From Occultella glacieicola (GTDB lineage Bacteria > Actinomycetota > Actinomycetes > Actinomycetales > Beutenbergiaceae), in the NCBI RefSeq assembly GCF_004353825.1, contig NZ_SMNA01000004.1:310001-374000 (forward strand): a stretch of 64,000 bases of DNA, read 5' to 3'. This document shows positions 1-9,689 of this stretch, one piece after another. Under the pieces are notes generated by a model. That model was not told the origin of the DNA. It ran no database searches and was given only the letters and a program-made list of their open reading frames with translations. Position 1 is the stretch's first letter; each line of letters begins with the position of its first letter. The translations under genes and the position numbers were made by a program.

Positions 1-560
1 GGCTGCATGAGGCTGGCCGCGACCCGGGCCGCCTGGGCGCCCTCGTGCCACCAGACCGGCCGCCCGATCCGGAGCAGCCGCAGCGACAGCTCGTGCAGGG
101 CGATCGAGTCGCCCCACTCACCGTAGAGGTGGATCCGGGACGCGTTCGCGAGCCAGCCCGCCGCCCGGTCCGCGGCCGCCAGGTCGATCGAGCCCAGCGC
201 CTGCCGGGATGCGCGGTGCTGGGCCGCGACGAGCACGCCGAGGACCTGGTCGGGGGAGTCGTCGGGTTGGATCTCGGTGCCGATGTCCCGCTGCCACCCG
301 CCCTGGACCTCGCGGCCGTGCTCGGTGGCGATCGCCGCGCGCAGCGCCGGGAACCCGTCGAAGCCGAGCAGGTTCGCGAGCCGGGTCAGCGTCGCCGCGG
401 ACACCCCGGCCGCCTGCGCGAGCCGGGTGATCGACTCCCGGCCGGCCGCGGCCGGGTCCGCGACGATGTGCGCGGCCGCGCGCGCGGTGGCGCCGGTCAG
501 ACCGGGCAGGGAGTCGCGCAGGGCCTGCAGGGGGCTCGTCGAGTCGGCGTGGCTGCTCAT
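1..560 (-). CDS. MurR/RpiR family transcriptional regulator (3' end runs off the window)
   Basis: Not in the ORF track. ATG at 560 overlaps the upstream TGA. Manual translation: MSSHADSTSPLQALRDSLPGLTGATARAAAHIVADPAAAGRESITRLAQAAGVSAATLTRLANLLGFDGFPALR (RpiR HTH), then a SIS-like region (RIHLYGEWGDS). Confidence 0.88.
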   Translation of the reverse strand, partial: MSSHADSTSPLQALRDSLPGLTGATARAAAHIVADPAAAGRESITRLAQAAGVSAATLTRLANLLGFDGFPALRAAIATEHGREVQGGWQRDIGTEIQPDDSPDQVLGVLVAAQHRASRQALGSIDLAAADRAAGWLANASRIHLYGEWGDSIALHELSLRLLRIGRPVWWHEGAQAARVAASLMQ

Positions 561-1954
561 GTGTAGAAGAATTGCGCACTTGCCCGCCCGGCGTGGTCGC
601 TGACCAGTCGGGCCCAGTGCGCGCTGAACCCGGGCGGGAAGGTGTGGGTGACCAGGGCGCCGGGCGCCACCTCGAGGGTGGTCACCCGCCCGAACGTGCC
701 GTCGCCGCGGGCGTCGATCTCCAGGTGCACCGTCATCGCGGTGTCGCCGTGGTTCTGCAGGTGCACGCACTTGTTGTCGAAGCCGGTCATCAGGTACGGG
801 TCCGAGGCCTCGCCCGCATCCACGTCGGTGTCCCACCAGGGACCGCCCCACCCGGACGGTTTCCCGAACGACCACAGGTCGTCGGTCTTGCCGAAGAACA
901 TGCCGGACTGGGGTTCCGCCGTCGTCGGGTTGAGCCCGTGGCTGGGTGAGGCGTTGTCCGCGCCGGCGACGAACATCCCGCGCCAGCTGCAGAAGTCGCC
1001 GAGCACCCACAGGTGCGTCGAGACCGGCCGCACGCCCCAGATCCGGTTCCCGTAGGCCCACGGCGAGAGCTCGTAGAACATGCCGTGATGGTCCAGGAGC
1101 AGACGCTCGTGCTCGACCTCCCGGATCCGCGGCCACTCGGTCTGCCACTTGTGGTCGAACGTGTGCGAGGCCTTCGGCAGCCGGTACCGGCGCCAGGTGC
1201 CGTCCGCCTCGGTGAACACCTCGAGGATGGCCGAGGCGGCGTCCCACCCGGACGCGAAGATGGTGCCGCCGAACTCGTGCCGCCCACCGATCGCCGTGAA
1301 CGGCTTGCGCTCCAGGATCCGCCAGGACTCGCCGTCGAACTCCGCGAGGCGCCCGCGGGCGCGCTCGCCGCGCCACTCCGGCTCGGCGTACTCGTTCGAG
1401 CACACCACGAGCCGGCCGAAGCTGGAGTAGCAGTCCTTGTAGTGGACCTTCCACTCGCCCTCGGTGTCGAGCTCGTCGTTCAGGTCCCAGGCGAGCTCGC
1501 AGGCCAGCGTGGTCAGGTCGAGGGAGAACACCTCGCCCTCCATGGTCAGCACGTACACGTGCGTGTCCGGCTCGGTCAGGTGGCGGGTGGTACCGCACAG
1601 CCGGTGCCCGGTCAGCTCCGGCACCGTGCGGATCGTGTGGTCCGGGGAGATCACGTGCGGCCCGATCACCAGGTGCCCGGTGGGGTAGTGCACGAACCGG
1701 TTCGTGTAGGTGCCGTCCACCCCGAGGGTCTCGGCCACGACCTCCATCCGCAGGTCCGCGTCGATGCGGCGCAGGCTCACCCCGGCCCCGCTCGCGGCCT
1801 TGTGCGAGTTGTAGTTCTGCACGTACAGCACGCCGTTGTAGGGCATCAGGGCGCCGACGCCGAGCTCGCTGCGCGGCGGTCCGAAGTCGCCGACCTGGGC
1901 GAGGGAGGGGAAGACGCCGGACACCTGGAGCGGCGCGTCGGTGGAGGAGGTCAT
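557..1954 (-). CDS. conserved hypothetical protein (465 aa), probable beta-rich cytoplasmic enzyme in a sugar ABC operon
   Basis: True start MTSSTDAP at 1954 overlaps the permease stop (ATGA). Trp/His/Tyr-rich with no signal peptide; C-terminus GKPSGWGGPW...SDPYLMTGFD...HTFPPGFSAHWARL. Confidence 0.8.
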   Translation of the reverse strand: MTSSTDAPLQVSGVFPSLAQVGDFGPPRSELGVGALMPYNGVLYVQNYNSHKAASGAGVSLRRIDADLRMEVVAETLGVDGTYTNRFVHYPTGHLVIGPHVISPDHTIRTVPELTGHRLCGTTRHLTEPDTHVYVLTMEGEVFSLDLTTLACELAWDLNDELDTEGEWKVHYKDCYSSFGRLVVCSNEYAEPEWRGERARGRLAEFDGESWRILERKPFTAIGGRHEFGGTIFASGWDAASAILEVFTEADGTWRRYRLPKASHTFDHKWQTEWPRIREVEHERLLLDHHGMFYELSPWAYGNRIWGVRPVSTHLWVLGDFCSWRGMFVAGADNASPSHGLNPTTAEPQSGMFFGKTDDLWSFGKPSGWGGPWWDTDVDAGEASDPYLMTGFDNKCVHLQNHGDTAMTVHLEIDARGDGTFGRVTTLEVAPGALVTHTFPPGFSAHWARLVSDHAGRASAQFFYT

Positions 1955-2841
1955 TTGATCCCGGTGTGGGTGAGGGCCTGCACGAACCGCTTCTGCAGGA
2001 GCAGGAAGACGATCAGCACGGGGATGATGGAGACCACCGAGGCGGCCATGGACAGGTTCGGGGACAGGGCGCCCTGCTCGTCGGCGAACCCGGTCAGGCT
2101 CAGCGGCAGGGTGTACACCTCGGGGCTGGAGATCAGCACGAGTGGGGTCTCGTAGTCGTTCCAGGACCAGACGAACGCGAGGATTCCCAGCGCGCTGATC
2201 ACCGGGGTGGCCATCGGCAGGTACAGCCGCCAGAAGATCTGCCACTCGTTCGCGCCGTCGATCCGGGCCGCCTCGGCGAACGCGGCCGGCTGCGCCACGA
2301 AGAACTGGCGCATCAGGAAGGTGCCGAGCACCGTGAACATCCCGGGCAGGATGAGGGCCCACAGGGTGTCGTAGAGGCTCAGTTGCTGGAAGTAGATGAA
2401 CCGCGGTACCAGGAGCAGCTGGGCCGGGATGATCGACGTCGCGAGGTAGGCCAGGAAGACCTTGTCCCGTCCGCGGAAGTGGAGCCGGGCGAACGCGTAC
2501 CCTGCCATGGTCGCGGTGAGGACCTCACCCAGGACGCGGGCGACGGCGACGATCACCGAGTTCGCGAACGCCGGCAGGATCGAGTTCTCGCCGGTGAGGA
2601 CCTCCACGTAGGAGTCCCACTGGGCCGGGTCCGGGATCCACTGCATCGGGATCGAGAACGCGTCCAGGTTCGACTTCAGCGACGTGGAGACCATCCACGC
2701 GAACGGCGCCAGGAACGCCAGCGCGAGCAACCACAGCGGGATCCCCCAGAGCCAGCGGTTGCGTCGGGACCGCCGCTGCCGCGGGGTCAGGTTCGAGCGC
2801 CGGGTGCCATCGGAGACTCGGGTCAGGGTCGCGTCAGTCAT
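1951..2841 (-). CDS. carbohydrate ABC transporter permease (MalG-like)
   Basis: EAA loop EAARIDGANEWQIFWRL, AGYAFARL motif, multiple TM segments; start MTDATL. Confidence 0.93.
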   Translation of the reverse strand: MTDATLTRVSDGTRRSNLTPRQRRSRRNRWLWGIPLWLLALAFLAPFAWMVSTSLKSNLDAFSIPMQWIPDPAQWDSYVEVLTGENSILPAFANSVIVAVARVLGEVLTATMAGYAFARLHFRGRDKVFLAYLATSIIPAQLLLVPRFIYFQQLSLYDTLWALILPGMFTVLGTFLMRQFFVAQPAAFAEAARIDGANEWQIFWRLYLPMATPVISALGILAFVWSWNDYETPLVLISSPEVYTLPLSLTGFADEQGALSPNLSMAASVVSIIPVLIVFLLLQKRFVQALTHTGIK

Positions 2842-3775
2842 TGAGGGCCTTTCCACGCTGGGCCCGCCACATCGCGAGCGTCAGGGCCAGGACACCGACG
2901 AACGTCACCATGCCGATCGCCGCGGCGTAGCCGAACCGGTAGAACTGGAACCCGGTCTGGTACATGTAGAACGACAGGACCGTGGTCGCGTCGCCCGGGC
3001 CGCCGGCCGTCAGCAGCGCGACGAGGCCGAAGCCCTGGGACGTGCCGATGAACAGGGTGACCATCAGGAACACCGTGGTCGGCAACAGCGAGGGCCAGGT
3101 GATCGTGCGGAACCGGCGCCACGGCCCGGCGCCGTCCATCTCGGCGGCCTCGTACAGGTCGGTGGGTGCGTCCTGCAGCGCGGAGAGGTAGATGACCGCG
3201 GCGTAGCCGACGCCGCTCCAGATCGCGATCACGATCAGCGCGGGCAGGGCCCAGTAGGAGGACGCGAACCAGGCGGGCAGGTCGGTGAGGCCGAACGCGC
3301 CGAGGACCTGGTTGACCAGGCCGGCGGAGGGGTTCATCAGCATCAGCCAGGTCATCCCGATGGCCACCGTGCTCACGATGTAGGGCATGAAGAACACCGC
3401 CCGGAGCGCCCCGCGACCGGGGACGTCCCGGTCCAGGGCGAGCGCCAGCGCCATGCCGAACAGCACCGTCAACGGCACGCTGACCCCGGCGTAGACCACC
3501 GTGCGGCCCACGCTGCCCCAGAACAACGGGTCGGCGAGCACGTTCGTGAAGTTGTCCGCGCCGATGAACTCGATGCCGCCGAGGCCGGAGACCAGGTTCC
3601 AGTCCGTGAACGCCAGGACCACGACCGAGACGAGCGGCACGAACGTGAACAGGGCCACGCCCACGAGGTTCGGCAGGATGAACAGCCAGCCCACGCGGTC
3701 GGGTGGACCCAGGCGGCGGCGGTTGCCCGGGGCCGGCACTGACCTGGTGGGCGCTGGCGCGGTGACGGTGGCCAT
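2834..3775 (-). CDS. carbohydrate ABC transporter permease (MalF-like)
   Basis: EAA loop LYEAAEMDGAGPWRRF, GGPGDATT, FGYAAA; start MATVTA overlaps the SBP stop. Confidence 0.93.
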   Translation of the reverse strand: MATVTAPAPTRSVPAPGNRRRLGPPDRVGWLFILPNLVGVALFTFVPLVSVVVLAFTDWNLVSGLGGIEFIGADNFTNVLADPLFWGSVGRTVVYAGVSVPLTVLFGMALALALDRDVPGRGALRAVFFMPYIVSTVAIGMTWLMLMNPSAGLVNQVLGAFGLTDLPAWFASSYWALPALIVIAIWSGVGYAAVIYLSALQDAPTDLYEAAEMDGAGPWRRFRTITWPSLLPTTVFLMVTLFIGTSQGFGLVALLTAGGPGDATTVLSFYMYQTGFQFYRFGYAAAIGMVTFVGVLALTLAMWRAQRGKALND

Positions 3776-5082
3776 CAGCTGTCCCGTCCGTAGCGGTCGA
3801 TCGCGGCCGTGGCCTGGGCGTCCATCGAGGCGACCGCGTCCTGCGGGGAGCGCTCGCCGATCCAGCACACGTCCCGCTGCTGCTCGACGGCGAGCGTGAT
3901 CTCGGGGAACGCCGTCAGGTTGGTGTCCACGAACAGTTCGGGGTCGTCGTCGAAGAGCACCCGGCGGAAGGAGTCGGTGTCGAACCAGTCGTCGGCGTCG
4001 GGACCGAGGAGGCTGTCGAGCATCTGGTCGGTGTCCACGTTCTGCAACGTGGGGATCTTGCCGCCGGGGGCCATGAACTGTGAGCCCTCCGTGATCCAGA
4101 ACCGGACGAACTCCCAGGCGAGGTCATGCTTGGTCGACCTCGGATTGATCATCACGAAGTTGCCGAACACGCCGGTGTTCCAACTCCCGGTGTCGCTGGT
4201 CGGGATCGGCGCGGCGGCGGCCCGGAACTCGTGCGGGTAGTTGGTGGGGTCGTAGAGGTAGCGCAGGCTGAACGGCGCGGTGACCCAGAGGGCGAACTCC
4301 TCGGCGATGAACGCGTTCTGCTGGTAGGCCTCGAGTTGGCGCGCGAGCACCTCCGTCCACGGGAACAGCACCCCGTCGGAGATGAGGTCGCGGCCGCGGG
4401 TGTAGTGCTCCAGGAAGCGGGGGTCGGTGAAGTTGGAGGTGCCGTCGGACGTGAACCAGTAGTTCGGGCCGAGGCCGACCCGTGGGACGTCCGGCAGCTG
4501 ATAGCTGCCGTAGGTGGTCGCCGTGGTCAGTGCGCGCGCCGTGTCGACGAACTCCTCGACGGTCCACTCGGTCGGCAGGTCGAGACCCGCCGCCTCCAAC
4601 CGGTCGAGGTTGGCCACCACCATGTTCGGCTCCCGGGTGGTGGCCAGGGCGCTGACCCGCCCGTCCTGCCAGTACGCCTTCGGGGCCTCGGTGTCGAGGA
4701 ACGGTTCGAGCTCCGGGTCGGACTCGACCCGGTCGGTGACGTCCAGGGCGAGCCCGGAACCGGCCCGCAGTGCCATCGACTCCATCGAGTAGGTGAAGTA
4801 GACGTCGATGTCCACGCCGCCCTGCAACGCGGTGTCCAGCTTGAGGTTGCCCCGGTCGTCGTTGATGAACCGCGTGTAGACCACGCTGTACTCCGGATGC
4901 GCGGCCTCGAACGCCTCCACCAGGGCGCCGGGCCCCGACTCGGGCGGCACTCCGCCCCAGACGTTCAGCGTCGTCGCCGGCGACGTCGACGTGCCCTGAC
5001 CGCACGCGGTCAGGGCGCCGAGTGCGCCGAGCCCGAGCGCCCCGCCCATGACCTGGCGGCGGGTGGGACCGGTCGTACTCAC
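3775..5082 (-). CDS. carbohydrate ABC transporter solute-binding lipoprotein (Tat-type signal)
   Basis: GTG start; twin-arginine TRRQV, hydrophobic stretch, lipobox LTAC; family 1 SBP features (AWEFVRFW). Confidence 0.9.
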   Translation of the reverse strand: MSTTGPTRRQVMGGALGLGALGALTACGQGTSTSPATTLNVWGGVPPESGPGALVEAFEAAHPEYSVVYTRFINDDRGNLKLDTALQGGVDIDVYFTYSMESMALRAGSGLALDVTDRVESDPELEPFLDTEAPKAYWQDGRVSALATTREPNMVVANLDRLEAAGLDLPTEWTVEEFVDTARALTTATTYGSYQLPDVPRVGLGPNYWFTSDGTSNFTDPRFLEHYTRGRDLISDGVLFPWTEVLARQLEAYQQNAFIAEEFALWVTAPFSLRYLYDPTNYPHEFRAAAAPIPTSDTGSWNTGVFGNFVMINPRSTKHDLAWEFVRFWITEGSQFMAPGGKIPTLQNVDTDQMLDSLLGPDADDWFDTDSFRRVLFDDDPELFVDTNLTAFPEITLAVEQQRDVCWIGERSPQDAVASMDAQATAAIDRYGRDS

Positions 5083-5176
5083 CGGGTGTGCCTGACGCCG
5101 GTCGGGAGATCGACCGCCGGCGCGGTGCTGGTCATGACTACGAACACGCGATCTCCCTCGATCGGATCCTCCGGAC

Positions 5177-5234
5177 GTGCAAGAAGTTACCGAGAGAATC
5201 GATCGCACGCAAGGGTCACGAAAATATCTTGCAC
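5177..5234. promoter_or_regulatory. candidate RpiR operator pair upstream of the ABC operon
   Basis: GTGCAAGAAGTTACC (5177-5191) and inverted GAAAATATCTTGCAC (5220-5234) share GTGCAAGA, in an AT-rich patch upstream of the SBP gene. Confidence 0.45.
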
Positions 5235-5259
5235 ACCTCGAACGGGTCGCGCAGGTTCG

Positions 5260-6111
5260 TCACAGACCGTCGTGGTCGTCCCAGTGCTCCTGCCAGCGCC
5301 AGTCGATGGGGTCGCTGACGCGTTGGTAGCGGATGTCCGTGGACAACCGCATCCGCCCGCCCGGATCCACGTTGTCCAGCGCCGCGTGGATGATGTGCGC
5401 GGAATGGACCATCACGTCGCCGGCGCGGTAGTCGGCCACCAGCCACCGTGCGTCGTGGGAGTGGGCCAGGCCGGGCAGGTCGGCCGTGATGGACGCCGCC
5501 GGCCGCTGCAGCCGGCCCTCCGCCTCCTCCCGGAGCACGGCCCGGTGCGAGCCCTCGAGGTAGGTGAGGCCGCCGAGCGTGGTCGGGCAGTCGCCGAGCG
5601 GGATCCACATCGACAGGACCCGGTCGGTGCCCTCGCGCAGGTAGACCAGGTCGTAGTGGGCCTGGGTCGCGGTGCCGACCCCGTTCTGGCCGGGCCTCGT
5701 GTGGCGCAGGATCTTGCGCCGGTGCAGGTGCACGTCGTCGCCGAGGAACCAGCGGAACCAGTCGGCCACGGTGGACGTGCGGCACAGGCGTTCGTAGTCC
5801 TCGGACGGCACGATGTGGCCGAAGAGGGCCCGACGGTAGCCCGCCTGGTCGATCGGGCCGGTCCCGGCGATGCCGTCCTCGGCGGGGGTACCGGGTCGCA
5901 GGACACCGGCGGGGGCGAGTGCGCCGAAGTAGAACCGGCGGAACGCCGCGATCTGCTCCGGCGGGATCTGGCCCCGAAGCAGCAGGTATCCCTGGCGGCG
6001 CAGGCGCAGCCACAGCGCCTCCCGGTCGTCGCGCTCGCGGTCGGGCGTCTCGGTGAGCGGTCCGAGCCGATCCGGACTTTCCTTCAGCACGTAGCCGTTC
6101 GACGTCAGCAT
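5260..6111 (-). CDS. phytanoyl-CoA dioxygenase (PhyH) family Fe(II)/2-oxoglutarate oxygenase
   Basis: HxD (AHYD), WIPLGD...GGL.YLEGSH, AGDV, distal H (IIH) and R (RLSTDIRY); start MLTSNG at 6111. Confidence 0.88.
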   Translation of the reverse strand: MLTSNGYVLKESPDRLGPLTETPDRERDDREALWLRLRRQGYLLLRGQIPPEQIAAFRRFYFGALAPAGVLRPGTPAEDGIAGTGPIDQAGYRRALFGHIVPSEDYERLCRTSTVADWFRWFLGDDVHLHRRKILRHTRPGQNGVGTATQAHYDLVYLREGTDRVLSMWIPLGDCPTTLGGLTYLEGSHRAVLREEAEGRLQRPAASITADLPGLAHSHDARWLVADYRAGDVMVHSAHIIHAALDNVDPGGRMRLSTDIRYQRVSDPIDWRWQEHWDDHDGL

Positions 6112-6160
6112 CCAACGCACGCTAATCTGCGGCAAGCCCTGAGCCAATGGACGATCGGTC

Positions 6161-7036
6161 GTGCGACGCTTGGACTTTCGTGAGAAGCATCCCACGGGCG
6201 GCTGGCGTGTCTATCCGGCGGCTGAGCCGGTCCTGCGGGACAACGGGCTGAGCTGCCGTGGCGCCGGCGAGCAGCATGGCGCGCTGCGGCACACGAGCGA
6301 GCGGCGGCTGGCCACGCACGGCCTCGTGCTCGTCACCGAGGGGCGTGGCCGCTACGTCGACGATGCCCATCCGGCCGGTATCGAGGTGGTGGCCCCGGCC
6401 GTGATCTGGTTGTTCCCGGGGGTACGCCACGGTTACGGGCCCGACGGCGGTGGCTGGCGGGAGCACTGGGTGCTGTTCGAAGGGGTCGCCACCCGCGCCC
6501 TCGAGAGCTTCGGCGCGTGGGAGCGCACCGAGCCGGTGTGCGCTGCCGCGCCCGAGCTCGCCGAACGGGTCGCGCCGGTGTTCGCGCACCTGCGCCGCGT
6601 GCTCGCCGTTCCCGGCGGTCGCGGCGCGATGCTCGCCGCGGGCCTGAGCCAGCACCTGATCGCCGTCGTGGCGGAGTGCGCACCCGCTGCGCCCACGTGG
6701 CAACCGCCGGGCGTGCTCGAGTCCCTGACCGCGACCGCCCTGGTGCAGATGCCCGTCGAGCATCGCGCCCGCGCGCTGGGCCTGACCGAGGCGCAGTTGC
6801 GAGCGGCGGTACTGGGTGCCACCGGGCTCACCCCGCACGCGTTCGTGCTGGCCACCCGGCTCGAGCGGGCCCAGTCGCTGCTCGCCCGGACCGCGGCGGG
6901 CGTCGCGGAGGTCGCCCGCCAGGTGGGTTACGACGACCCCGCCTACTTCAGCCGGCTGTTCCACCGTCGGGTCGGCATGTCGCCGTCGGCGTTCCGGGAG
7001 CAGGAGTCCCGCCGCGCGCACCCGCCACGGCCCTGA
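6161..7036 (+). CDS. AraC family transcriptional regulator
   Basis: N-terminal AraC_binding cupin (HGYGPD...WREHWVLFEG); C-terminal VAEVARQVGYDDPAYFSRLFHRRVGMSPSAFR; divergent from phyH. Start uncertain. Confidence 0.9.
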   Translation: MRRLDFREKHPTGGWRVYPAAEPVLRDNGLSCRGAGEQHGALRHTSERRLATHGLVLVTEGRGRYVDDAHPAGIEVVAPAVIWLFPGVRHGYGPDGGGWREHWVLFEGVATRALESFGAWERTEPVCAAAPELAERVAPVFAHLRRVLAVPGGRGAMLAAGLSQHLIAVVAECAPAAPTWQPPGVLESLTATALVQMPVEHRARALGLTEAQLRAAVLGATGLTPHAFVLATRLERAQSLLARTAAGVAEVARQVGYDDPAYFSRLFHRRVGMSPSAFREQESRRAHPPRP

Positions 7037-7175
7037 GCGCCGTCGCCCCGGTGCGGAGGGGCCTCGCGGCGAAGTCGTGCGCGAATAGTCCTCGCGCCCT
7101 GCCGTGCGTGCCCTAACGTTCGCTCACCGGGCGCACGTACCGGCGCCACGAGTGGCCTCCTCAGAGAGCACGAGC

Positions 7176-7904
7176 ATGAGCAACACTGCGCCCGACCGCG
7201 GGTTCGCGCCGCCCTACCCCACGATCACCGCGCCGACCGCACCGGCCCCCCACTGGACGTACGCGCAGCACCCGTATCCGCCGTCGGGCTTTCCCCCGCC
7301 GGCGCCGCCGGCACGTCACCGGGCCCTGAGCTGGCTCGTCCCGTGCCTGGTCGGGGTCGTCGCGCTCGTGATCGGCTTCACCGCCGGCGCCCTCGTCGGC
7401 CCGTTCGCGGGCCCGATGTCCGGGGCGTACGGCTCCGGGAACGACACCAGCCGCGAGCAGCCGGCGGCGCTCGGCACGTCGGTGACCCTGGTCAACGACC
7501 CGGGGGAGTGGGAGGTGAGCCTGGGCGAGCCCGACTACGGTGCCGACGCACGCGTGCTCGAGCATGACGACCTGAACGAGCCGGCGCCCGACGGGCTGTC
7601 CTACGTCGTCGTCCCGGTCACGGTGACCTACCACGGGCCGGACCGCGCGAACGCCGGGGCCGACCTGTGGGTCTCCTTCGTGGGGGCGGACGGGCGCTCC
7701 TACGACGAGGCCTCCCTCTACGCCTCGGACGCGTACGTCGAGGGCCCGGACTCGCTGTTCTACTACGGCGACCTGTACGACGGCGGATCGCTCACCGGGA
7801 ACGTGACGCTCGCCATCCCCGAGGGTGCCGAGGCGGACGCGGCGTCGGTATGGCGGGTGGAGTCGATCTGGACCGCCGACGCCGCCTACTTCGCGGCCGG
7901 GTGA
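7176..7904 (+). CDS. Pro-rich single-pass membrane protein with acidic extracellular beta-sandwich (DUF4352-like)
   Basis: Pro-rich N-terminus, one TM (WLVPCLVGVVALVIGFTAGALV), C-terminal YVVVPVTVTY...VSFVGADGRSY...LTGNVTLAIP. Confidence 0.7.
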   Translation: MSNTAPDRGFAPPYPTITAPTAPAPHWTYAQHPYPPSGFPPPAPPARHRALSWLVPCLVGVVALVIGFTAGALVGPFAGPMSGAYGSGNDTSREQPAALGTSVTLVNDPGEWEVSLGEPDYGADARVLEHDDLNEPAPDGLSYVVVPVTVTYHGPDRANAGADLWVSFVGADGRSYDEASLYASDAYVEGPDSLFYYGDLYDGGSLTGNVTLAIPEGAEADAASVWRVESIWTADAAYFAAG

Positions 7905-7916
7905 CGGTGTGCGAGG

Positions 7917-9608
7917 CTACTCGTGGCGCCGCGCGCCCAGTTCGGCCAGGATCGCCGCGTCCACCGCGCGCCGGGAGTCCAGGTAGTGCTCGCGGTCGTA
8001 GCTGAACGTGGCGTACCCGAGGGTGCCCGCCTGGTCCACGAGCGCTCGCGCCGTGGCCTCGTCGGTCAGGTCGCGCAGCAGTTGGAGGGCGCGGTGGTCG
8101 TCCATGGCCTGGGCGAACACCCGGTACCGGATGCTCGGCCACGGCCGCCCGTCCGGCCCGGGGTAGACGACGAACGGGTCGCCGGCCGGGAACGCGCCGC
8201 CGGCGCACGTGTCGGTGAACGGGTCGATGGCGCGGGTCGAGTACTGCGCCGCCCAGAAGTTGAAGCCCCAGTGCAGGAAGCCCGGGGCGCCGGCCACGAA
8301 CAGCTGCCGGCCGAGCACCCGGTTGCGTAGCGACGGCAGCCCGATGAACCGGTTCGCGACGTCACGGTGCTGGGACACGCAGTAGTACACCCACGGGCTC
8401 TGTCCGTGATCGAGGAACTCCTGCACGTGGTTCGTGGCCACGATCGGGGTGTCCACGGCGCCGGAGCTGGCGAACTCGTAGTCGCTCAACGCGTCCACGA
8501 CCGTCGCGCCGGTGAGCAGGTCCTCGACCACGGCCCGGGCCGCCCGGTAGTCGGCCAGCATGTGTGCGCGCGGCTCGTCGCTGATGTGGAAGAGCACCCC
8601 GCCGTCCCAGTGCTCGGCCAGGTAGCCACGCAGTGCGGGCAGCAGCTGCGCCATCAGGTCGCGGTAGCGCGGGTCGGTGGCCGGCACGTCCCACCCGAAC
8701 CGGCGCTCGGTGCCGGTCGGCGTGTCGACGTGGATCGCGGGCGTCGCCGTGGCGCCCCACTGCGTGAACAGGTGGGCGATCTCCAGGGTGGCGATCCCGT
8801 GCTTGCGGCACAGACCCAACCACCGACCCAGGAGGCCGAAGTCGAAGACGTGACCTCCGCCGTCGTCCACGATCCTGATCAGTTGCACGGGCGTGCGCTC
8901 GCCGCCCACCGCGGTGTCCAGCGGCGGCGTCCACGTCGGCGTGAGCACGGAGTTCACGCGCATCCGCGCGGCGGCGCCGAGGTAGGCGTCGAGCAGGTCC
9001 CAGTGCTCCTCGCTGAACACCGGGACGCGGTAGTACTCGGCCAGGCTGTCCGCGTGCAACCAGTGCGTGTTGACGATGTCCAGCGCGGGTAGCTCGACCG
9101 GGTGGATCACCACCTCGACCGAGGCCTCGAACAGGGTGGCACCGTCACCGTCGGTGACGCTCAGGTGCAGGTCGTGGCGCCCGGCGCGGGCCGGGTCGCT
9201 CACCTCGACGTCGAACCACAGGGACTGCCAGTGCCCGACGGCGGGGCTCACCGCGGTCCCGGGCGGCACCGGTCGTAGCAGGTCCGGGTAGAGGCCCGGG
9301 GCGTCGCGGAGGTACCCCTCGTCATGTCCGTCGAACGCCACCAGGTGGCACGGTACGAGCTCGACCGTGGCGACCTGGACGAGGTCGGCGAGCGGGCCGT
9401 GGACCCGTGGGTGCAGGCTGCCGAGCGCGGCCAGGCTCTCCGTGGCCGGCGGCAGGTACGCGAGCTGGACGGACAGCGTCTCGCCGAGGAACCCGGACAG
9501 CGGCACATCGGTCCTCATCGGCGCCGGGCGCTCGTCGCCGAACACCTTCTCCAACGTGTCGACGAGCTGGAACGTCCAGTCCGGGCGGGGGTGGGGACGG
9601 TCGGTCAC
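7917..9608 (-). CDS. DUF4091-domain glycoside hydrolase (GH123-like, putative beta-N-acetylhexosaminidase)
   Basis: TPPLDTAVGGER, HLFTQWGA, catalytic-type DE pair (HISDEP), WVYYC, GFLHWGFNFW, GDPFVVYPG...PSIR C-terminal region. Confidence 0.75.
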   Translation of the reverse strand: MTDRPHPRPDWTFQLVDTLEKVFGDERPAPMRTDVPLSGFLGETLSVQLAYLPPATESLAALGSLHPRVHGPLADLVQVATVELVPCHLVAFDGHDEGYLRDAPGLYPDLLRPVPPGTAVSPAVGHWQSLWFDVEVSDPARAGRHDLHLSVTDGDGATLFEASVEVVIHPVELPALDIVNTHWLHADSLAEYYRVPVFSEEHWDLLDAYLGAAARMRVNSVLTPTWTPPLDTAVGGERTPVQLIRIVDDGGGHVFDFGLLGRWLGLCRKHGIATLEIAHLFTQWGATATPAIHVDTPTGTERRFGWDVPATDPRYRDLMAQLLPALRGYLAEHWDGGVLFHISDEPRAHMLADYRAARAVVEDLLTGATVVDALSDYEFASSGAVDTPIVATNHVQEFLDHGQSPWVYYCVSQHRDVANRFIGLPSLRNRVLGRQLFVAGAPGFLHWGFNFWAAQYSTRAIDPFTDTCAGGAFPAGDPFVVYPGPDGRPWPSIRYRVFAQAMDDHRALQLLRDLTDEATARALVDQAGTLGYATFSYDREHYLDSRRAVDAAILAELGARRHE

Positions 9609-9689
9609 GTGAGCTTCCTAGGGTCGCGGTGTTGCGTGGAGACTAACGGGCCCGCGAGCCCTGTGACCGCACGCGCGCGGGTGCCGTCC

